Virus record (IMG/VR): IMGVR_UViG_2609459774_000003
Coordinates: 1-12,276 of that record
DNA length: 12,276 nucleotides
Source: a virus
Taxonomy: Duplodnaviria; Heunggongvirae; Uroviricota; Caudoviricetes
Reading direction: 5' to 3' (one strand)
Under the pieces are notes generated by a model. It saw nothing but the letters and a program-made list of their open reading frames with translations, was not told the origin of the DNA and did no database searches. Shown here piece by piece: positions 7,136 to 12,276 of this stretch (position 1 is its first letter; each line of letters opens with the position of its first letter). Made by a program: the position numbers and the translations under genes.

Positions 7136-7561
7136 ATGTTTGGTATTTTCAAAAAGAAAACCCGCAAGGCCATTACCGAGGTGAAGAAGATGGAGAACCG
7201 TGACGCAGTGGAGGCGACCGTCTGGGGCGCGTACTCCATTGCATACGCTGACGGCACCTGTGACGCGAAAGAAATCGCGGTACTGGAAAAAACCATTGCA
7301 GCACTTCCTGTCTTTGCGCCGTTCTCCGGTGAGATTGCACAAATGAGTGCAAATATCCGCGCCCGTTATGAAGCGTCGCCGCGTTCTGCCAATGCCGAAG
7401 CTCTTCGTCAGCTGGCTGATGTTGCCGGTACTGATGATGCAGTTAATGTGCTGTGCCTGTGTCTGGATATCGCTGACCAGGACGGTATCGGTCAGGAAGA
7501 AGAAGCGCAACTGAAGAAAATTGCGCAGGCGCTGCAGTTGCCGCTGGAGCAGTACCTGTGA
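7136..7561 (+). CDS. TerB-like domain protein (tellurite-resistance TerB family fold), cargo gene downstream of the tRNAs
   Basis: 141-aa ORF with AAGGA RBS; acidic helical protein whose ADG/DQDG and EEEAQL features resemble TerB-like domains. Sits where stx or other cargo genes sit in related phages. Confidence 0.5.
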   Translation: MFGIFKKKTRKAITEVKKMENRDAVEATVWGAYSIAYADGTCDAKEIAVLEKTIAALPVFAPFSGEIAQMSANIRARYEASPRSANAEALRQLADVAGTDDAVNVLCLCLDIADQDGIGQEEEAQLKKIAQALQLPLEQYL

Positions 7562-8559
7562 AAAGTGCGCGCCTTGTGCTGGCTGTCATCCTGTTGTTTC
7601 TGGTACAGGCTGCAGCCGTACACACGTTGTACGGGTATATCGATTATCTTGCCAGAAATCTGTTGCCGGACATGTGTGATGAAGACTGGTTGTACCGGCA
7701 CGCCAGAATCAAACGCTGCCTGCGAAAAGATGCGGTGACAGCCCGGGGATTTGTGCGCTGGGATGGCGTAGAGGGAACACCTGTATTGCCAGCGGGAACG
7801 CAGATCCAGCGTGATGATCAGGTGACCTTCACCACGACGGCGACGGTGACCGCAGCCGATGGTCTTCTCCGGGTGCCTGTTGTGGCAGATGAACCGGGGG
7901 CGGCGGGGAATACGGATGATGGTATTGCCATGCAACTGGGAACACCCGTCAGTGGTCTGCCGTCCACAGGGTACGCGGACACCATTACAGACGGTGAAGA
8001 TATTGAAAATCTGGAAATATGGCGTGCCCGCGTTATGGAACGTTATTACTACATTCCACAGGGGGGCGCAGACCCTGATTATGTTATCTGGGCGAAAGAA
8101 GTTCAGGGTATTAACCGTGCATGGACTTTCAGACACTGGAAAGGCATTGGAACGGTTGGCGTGATGGTGGCGACAAACGATCCGGAACATCCGGCTCCGG
8201 ATGAAAGCGTCATTAATGCAGTCAGAGAACACATTCTTCCTCTGACACCGGTTGCCGGAAGTGGATTGTATGTATTCGGTGCCACAGAAAAAGTCATCCC
8301 GATGACGATTGCATTATCGAAAGACACACCGCAGATCAGGACTGCAATAAAAGCAGAGCTGAATGCACTGATGTTACGGGATGGTGTGCCAGAGGGGCGT
8401 ATGTATCTGTCCAGAATCAGTGAGGCCATCAGTTTGTCTGCTGGTGAAGTGGCTCACCGGTTAATCGTCCCTTCATCGGATATTGACCTGGGGGAGACCG
8501 AGCTTCCGGTGCTCGGCGAGATCACCTGGCAGGCTTATGACCCGGCAAGGAGTAAATAA
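7558..8559 (+). CDS. Baseplate J-like protein (Mu gp47 / P2 gpJ family), probably 5'-truncated or fused at a deletion junction
   Basis: The conserved baseplate-J core appears only about 25 aa from the start. The preceding N-terminus (GTG start overlapping the TerB-like stop) is hydrophobic and unlike the family. The rest is GC-rich and tail-like. Confidence 0.6.
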   Translation: MKSARLVLAVILLFLVQAAAVHTLYGYIDYLARNLLPDMCDEDWLYRHARIKRCLRKDAVTARGFVRWDGVEGTPVLPAGTQIQRDDQVTFTTTATVTAADGLLRVPVVADEPGAAGNTDDGIAMQLGTPVSGLPSTGYADTITDGEDIENLEIWRARVMERYYYIPQGGADPDYVIWAKEVQGINRAWTFRHWKGIGTVGVMVATNDPEHPAPDESVINAVREHILPLTPVAGSGLYVFGATEKVIPMTIALSKDTPQIRTAIKAELNALMLRDGVPEGRMYLSRISEAISLSAGEVAHRLIVPSSDIDLGETELPVLGEITWQAYDPARSK

Positions 8560-9518
8560 TGGATTCGTTACAGGATGATTATACAAAGCTGCTGTACGGA
8601 CTGATGCCGCCGGGGCCTGCATGGAGCGATACCGACGGCGTGCTTGATGGTCTGGCACCATCGCTTGTACGTGTTCATCAGCGGACTGATGAACTGATGG
8701 CTGAAATCGATCCTGGTCAGTCAACAGAGCTGATTGAACGTTATGAAGAATTGTATGGTTTACCTGACACCTGCTCTCCTGTTGGAGCCCAGACATTACG
8801 CCAGCGTCAGCAACGGCTGGAAGCAAAAGCCAATGTGGCTGGTGGCATAAATGAGCAGTTCTTCCTGGAGCAGCTTGAGGCGCTGGGATATACCGGCGTG
8901 ACGATCGAACAGTTCCAGCACCTGGATGCAAGCCCCGATCCGGAATGGGGTGATCGCTGGCGTTATTTCTGGCGTGTGACGTTGCCGGTGGATGCCGGTG
9001 CTCAGTGGCAGACATGTTCGGACACCTGTAACACACCGATCCGGACGTGGGGTGATACGGTTGCGGAGTGCGTGATTAATAAATTATGTCCGTCGCATAC
9101 TGTTGTCCTTTTTGCATATCCGGATGAGTCTGGTGAAGGGCAACAAGCCGCCCTGACTATAAACAGCCTCTCCTTTCAGGCCGGACACAAGACGACTGAG
9201 CCATTAGCGATTAATCATACAGGTGTTCATTTTGCGGTTGTTCCGGCACTGACAGGTAAGCCGCTGACAATTAACCGGATTAACTTTTATGCCGCCCGTC
9301 CGATGGCAGAACCACTGGTACTCAGCAGGGCGCAATTGCACTCAGGTCTGCCGACAACGGACCCCATGACCATGAACAGCGCACAGTTGCAGACGGGATA
9401 CAGGACCCGCTCCCCCGTACCGGTTAACAGTATGCAGTTGCAGACAGCCAGCAGAACCCGTGAACCGTTATTGATTAATCACCCGGGACTGCATTTTGCT
9501 GTGGTCACGTCCGAATGA
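8559..9518 (+). CDS. YmfQ-like (DUF2313, Mu gp48-like) baseplate protein with a ~125-aa repeat-containing C-terminal extension
   Basis: ATG overlaps the upstream stop (TAATG), with AAGGAG RBS. The N-terminal ~190 aa is recalled as YmfQ-like. The C-terminus carries degenerate repeats (EPLAINHTGVHFAVV / EPLLINHPGLHFAVV; AQLHSG / AQLQTG / MQLQTA). Confidence 0.7.
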   Translation: MDSLQDDYTKLLYGLMPPGPAWSDTDGVLDGLAPSLVRVHQRTDELMAEIDPGQSTELIERYEELYGLPDTCSPVGAQTLRQRQQRLEAKANVAGGINEQFFLEQLEALGYTGVTIEQFQHLDASPDPEWGDRWRYFWRVTLPVDAGAQWQTCSDTCNTPIRTWGDTVAECVINKLCPSHTVVLFAYPDESGEGQQAALTINSLSFQAGHKTTEPLAINHTGVHFAVVPALTGKPLTINRINFYAARPMAEPLVLSRAQLHSGLPTTDPMTMNSAQLQTGYRTRSPVPVNSMQLQTASRTREPLLINHPGLHFAVVTSE

Positions 9519-9541
9519 CATAAAATAAAAGGAGAGCCGCT

Positions 9542-10591
9542 TTGAATATTATTAAACTCGAAAGTTTTCGACAAATTCCGGCGAATGAGGGATTGTGCGA
9601 GAACTATTATTCAACAAATATTATTTCAGCACTGAACGAAAACGGTGTCACGCTTATCAATGATATGTCCGGTTCTGTAACATCCGTCTGTCGTGGCACT
9701 CAGGCCGTAAATACTGTAGAAAGAACGGGGCTGATTTTTACGACACCCTCATATGTCACACTGTACAGCACACTTCCGGACTTAAAAGCCTCAGCTGTAC
9801 AGCTGGGATTTCGTCTGACATTAAGTGCGGGAAAGAAATATTCATCTTCGCCATCCCACATCAGGATTAATGGCTATTCATTTACAACCCCGTATCCTGA
9901 TGAAGCAGCCAGTTATTACTATGAAATTTTCGCAACGCGAAACGAAAACGGCTATGTCTCAGCCAGTCTGTACTGCAACCGCTCATTAGTTGGAAATACA
10001 TCGTTTTATGTACCAGATGACCGGACTGACAAAATTCAGGTGAGTATTGGTGGTGGTAACAATATTTTTTCATCGGGTGCATCCGGCACGTTAATGCTGG
10101 GTGATATGTACTGTGGAACAGTGACATACGGTAGAAATAATAGTGCAGAACCCGCCCTGCTCGGAAGCATTGAGGTCAGATACAGCCCGGTAACGGCATT
10201 TACCGGTGGAAGCGCCAAAAACTCACTGAATAAAGATATTGTCACGGGGCTGAACACCTCTGACAGCGAGGCCGGATATCTGATGCTCTCGCCGTCCCTG
10301 AATGCAGCACAGGCCACGTTTGGTGCGGTGGATAACAGCAACAGTGATGTTGTGGCCGTTATGGCCTCGGTCACTTACCGCGGTGCTGATGCCCCCAATA
10401 ACCGCCTGGCCTGGAAAGTGAAAAATGGCAGCCATGAAGGCGCAACGATTACAGAGAATGGCGTACAAAGCGACACAAACAGCTGGACGACTGTCTCACA
10501 GAGTTTTATGACCCAACCAGGAGGGAGCACTCCCTTCGCTAAGGGTGAACTGACTTTTACAGCGGAATTGTTTAATCAGGCAAGGACATAA
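9542..10591 (+). CDS. Hypothetical tail-associated protein (349 aa), S/T/N/G-rich, possible receptor-binding or cargo protein
   Basis: TTG start with a strong AAGGAG RBS 7 nt upstream. Lower GC than the neighbouring baseplate genes. No recognisable catalytic motifs; composition is typical of beta-rich fibre or lectin-like domains. Confidence 0.55.
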   Translation: MNIIKLESFRQIPANEGLCENYYSTNIISALNENGVTLINDMSGSVTSVCRGTQAVNTVERTGLIFTTPSYVTLYSTLPDLKASAVQLGFRLTLSAGKKYSSSPSHIRINGYSFTTPYPDEAASYYYEIFATRNENGYVSASLYCNRSLVGNTSFYVPDDRTDKIQVSIGGGNNIFSSGASGTLMLGDMYCGTVTYGRNNSAEPALLGSIEVRYSPVTAFTGGSAKNSLNKDIVTGLNTSDSEAGYLMLSPSLNAAQATFGAVDNSNSDVVAVMASVTYRGADAPNNRLAWKVKNGSHEGATITENGVQSDTNSWTTVSQSFMTQPGGSTPFAKGELTFTAELFNQART

Positions 10592-10621
10592 TTCTGATAT
10601 TTCATTCACGGGAGGTTTAAT

Positions 10622-11731
10622 ATGCACAGAATTGACACTCCGACAGCAGTTAAAGATAAATTTGGCCCGGGCAAGAACGGATTTACTGACGGGAATATTC
10701 GTACAGGGCGTCATGCCACCTGGCTGAACAGTGCCATGTGGGATGCCCTTCAGGAGGAAATCTGTGGTGTCATTGAGAAGGCCGGGATAGAACTGAATAA
10801 AGAGGAACACGACCAGTTATATAAAGCCATATTATTACTGGTTGGCGGTGCGATTAACGAAGAGGCATTGCTGATAAAAAATAATCTTTCGGATGTCGAA
10901 GACAGTGATGAGGCTGTTGAAAACCTCGGATTAAAACCCACGGTGGATAAGGCAAAAAATGCCGTTCAGCGTGATGGAGACACCATGACCGGGGAGCTGA
11001 AAATCCGTGGCGTTAATGCACTGAGGATTTTCAACGAAGCCTTTGGTCTGATTTTTCGTCGTTCGGAAGAGTGTCTGCACCTCATTCCTACCCGGGAAAA
11101 TCAGGGCGAGAGTGGTGATATTGGGCCGCTACGCCCCTTTACGCTTAATCTCAGGACCGGTCGCATAACTATGGGACATGGTCTGGATGTTACAGAAGAT
11201 GTATTTGCAGGCCGTTTTGCGATTAACAGCAGTAACGGAACGTGGATTCAGATGCGTGACAACAACGTTATTTTCGGGAAAAACAGGATAAATACTGATG
11301 CTGCTCAGGCGCTTCTGCGTCAGGATCATGCAGACAGAAAGTATTTCCTGGCTGGTCTTGGGAATAAGCAGTTTGGCATTTACATGATAAATAATAGCCG
11401 TACGGATAATGGTACGGACGGTCAGGCGTATATGGATGATGCGGGAAACTGGCGATGCGGGCGTCAGGTTATACCGTCAGACTACGGAAACTTCGATGCC
11501 CGCTACCAGACCAAAACAGGTGGCGTACAGAATTTTCAGTATACCAGTGAGGTGTTTTACAACCCGGGCGGGAATGAGCACAGCTGGACGTTTCGAGCAC
11601 CTTCTGGTTGTGTTTTGTCAGGCATTAATGTTCAGGATACTGGCCGTAACTCTGCAGACAATATCGGTGGCGTGTATTACAAACAGGCTCAGATTTATAT
11701 TAATGGTGCATGGCGATCTGTATCAGGTTAA
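10622..11731 (+). CDS. Side tail fibre protein (Stf-like)
   Basis: N-terminus MHRIDTPTAVKDKFGPGKNGFTDGN matches the conserved N-terminus of enterobacterial prophage side tail fibres. DGDTMTGEL motif present. GGGAGG RBS. Confidence 0.8.
   Translation: MHRIDTPTAVKDKFGPGKNGFTDGNIRTGRHATWLNSAMWDALQEEICGVIEKAGIELNKEEHDQLYKAILLLVGGAINEEALLIKNNLSDVEDSDEAVENLGLKPTVDKAKNAVQRDGDTMTGELKIRGVNALRIFNEAFGLIFRRSEECLHLIPTRENQGESGDIGPLRPFTLNLRTGRITMGHGLDVTEDVFAGRFAINSSNGTWIQMRDNNVIFGKNRINTDAAQALLRQDHADRKYFLAGLGNKQFGIYMINNSRTDNGTDGQAYMDDAGNWRCGRQVIPSDYGNFDARYQTKTGGVQNFQYTSEVFYNPGGNEHSWTFRAPSGCVLSGINVQDTGRNSADNIGGVYYKQAQIYINGAWRSVSG
10913..10938. other. Candidate Hin/Gin/Pin-family invertase crossover site inside stf
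   Basis: GCTGTTGAAAACCTCGGATTAAAACC: the left half TTGAAAACC and core match the hix/gix consensus as recalled. It falls at the ENLGL-encoding constant/variable junction of the fibre gene, as in Mu G and e14 P segments. Confidence 0.4.
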
Positions 11732-11745
11732 TTAAGGAGAAAATA

Positions 11746-12276
11746 ATGGAACTCTCAAACATTACGCGTTACTACCCTGAAGACATGCCTTATGGTGACG
11801 GCATTCAGTATTTCCGTAGTGAAGACGGGCAGGATTTTTATGAATCACTGGATAAATTCACGAAGAAATACAAGCTGTGCACGCATCCTGAAACCGGCGT
11901 TATTTATTCCGTGGCGGAAGATGTATCCCGTCTTTATCCCGTTGGTTTTACCATTGTGGAAGTGGATGAACTACCGGATGGCTTTTGTATAGAGGCGCGC
12001 TGGTATTATAAAGACGGTGAAGTACTACCGGTCCCTGTTGACTACAGGCAGCAGGCAGAGTCGGAGCGTGCACGTCTTACTGCGATTGCCGAACGGGAAA
12101 TATCCGATAAGAAGACGGATTTACTTTTGGGAATCATCGGTGATGAAGAAAAAGAAAAGCTGACAGTCTGGCGCATTTACGCGAAATTGCTGCAGGCGAT
12201 GGATTTCAGCACCATCACTGATAAAACCTCATATAACGCCATTGAATGGCCCGTCTCTCCGGAAGCCTCTTCCTGA
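11746..12276 (+). CDS. Tail fibre assembly protein (Tfa-like, 176 aa)
   Basis: ATG at 11746 with AAGGAGA RBS 5 nt upstream. N-terminus MELSNITRYYPED is typical of Tfa/U-family chaperones. Stop is at the window end (12274..12276). The ORF-track start at 11710 overlaps stf and lacks an RBS. Confidence 0.8.
   Translation: MELSNITRYYPEDMPYGDGIQYFRSEDGQDFYESLDKFTKKYKLCTHPETGVIYSVAEDVSRLYPVGFTIVEVDELPDGFCIEARWYYKDGEVLPVPVDYRQQAESERARLTAIAEREISDKKTDLLLGIIGDEEKEKLTVWRIYAKLLQAMDFSTITDKTSYNAIEWPVSPEASS

Noticed and set aside
7492-8232. 246-aa antisense ORF overlapping the TerB-like and baseplate J-like genes
   Set aside because: Lies opposite GC-rich coding sequence with a convincing sense-strand protein; no RBS; composition is typical of a shadow ORF.
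8473-9036. 187-aa antisense ORF overlapping the ymfQ-like gene
   Set aside because: Same reasoning: Arg/Pro/Ala-rich shadow frame of a GC-rich gene, no RBS.
11409-11735. 108-aa alternative-frame ORF overlapping the 3' end of stf
   Set aside because: Embedded in the stf coding region in another frame; no RBS.
1-12276. CRISPR arrays, IS elements or integrase
   Set aside because: No regularly spaced direct repeats, no terminal inverted repeats with a transposase ORF, and no integrase-like ORF are visible in this window.

Overview
The window reads as a mosaic, partly deleted lambdoid/Rac-like prophage in an enterobacterial (Escherichia-like) background. All calls are from reading the sequence and from recalled protein families; no searches were run. 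Left to right: a leftward early operon (216-aa and ~50-77-aa ORFs), a RacR-like repressor flanked by mirror-image promoter/operator modules, a YdaS (Cro-like) gene, then a compact translationally coupled block (DUF1364/YbcO-like Cys-His protein, RusA resolvase, Q-like antiterminator). Directly downstream of Q sits a visibly AT-rich two-gene insertion: an OLD/AAA_21-like ABC ATPase (Walker A, signature, Walker B and H-loop motifs all visible) overlapping by 1 nt with a small TOPRIM-domain protein (conserved Glu plus DxD). This pair is my best candidate for a prophage-borne anti-phage defence module and the main finding. It is followed by a strong intrinsic terminator, a small ORF, a beta-class DPPY DNA methyltransferase, a three-tRNA cluster (Ile2-CAU, Arg-UCG, Arg-UCU; the ileZ-argN-argO arrangement of Stx-type phages) and a TerB-like gene in the slot where stx or other cargo sits in related phages. 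Lysis and head genes are absent. The sequence jumps to an apparently 5'-truncated baseplate J-like gene, a YmfQ-like baseplate gene with a repeat-containing C-terminal extension, a lower-GC 349-aa ORF of unknown function, a side tail fibre gene carrying a Hin/Gin/Pin-type crossover site, and a tail fibre assembly gene.
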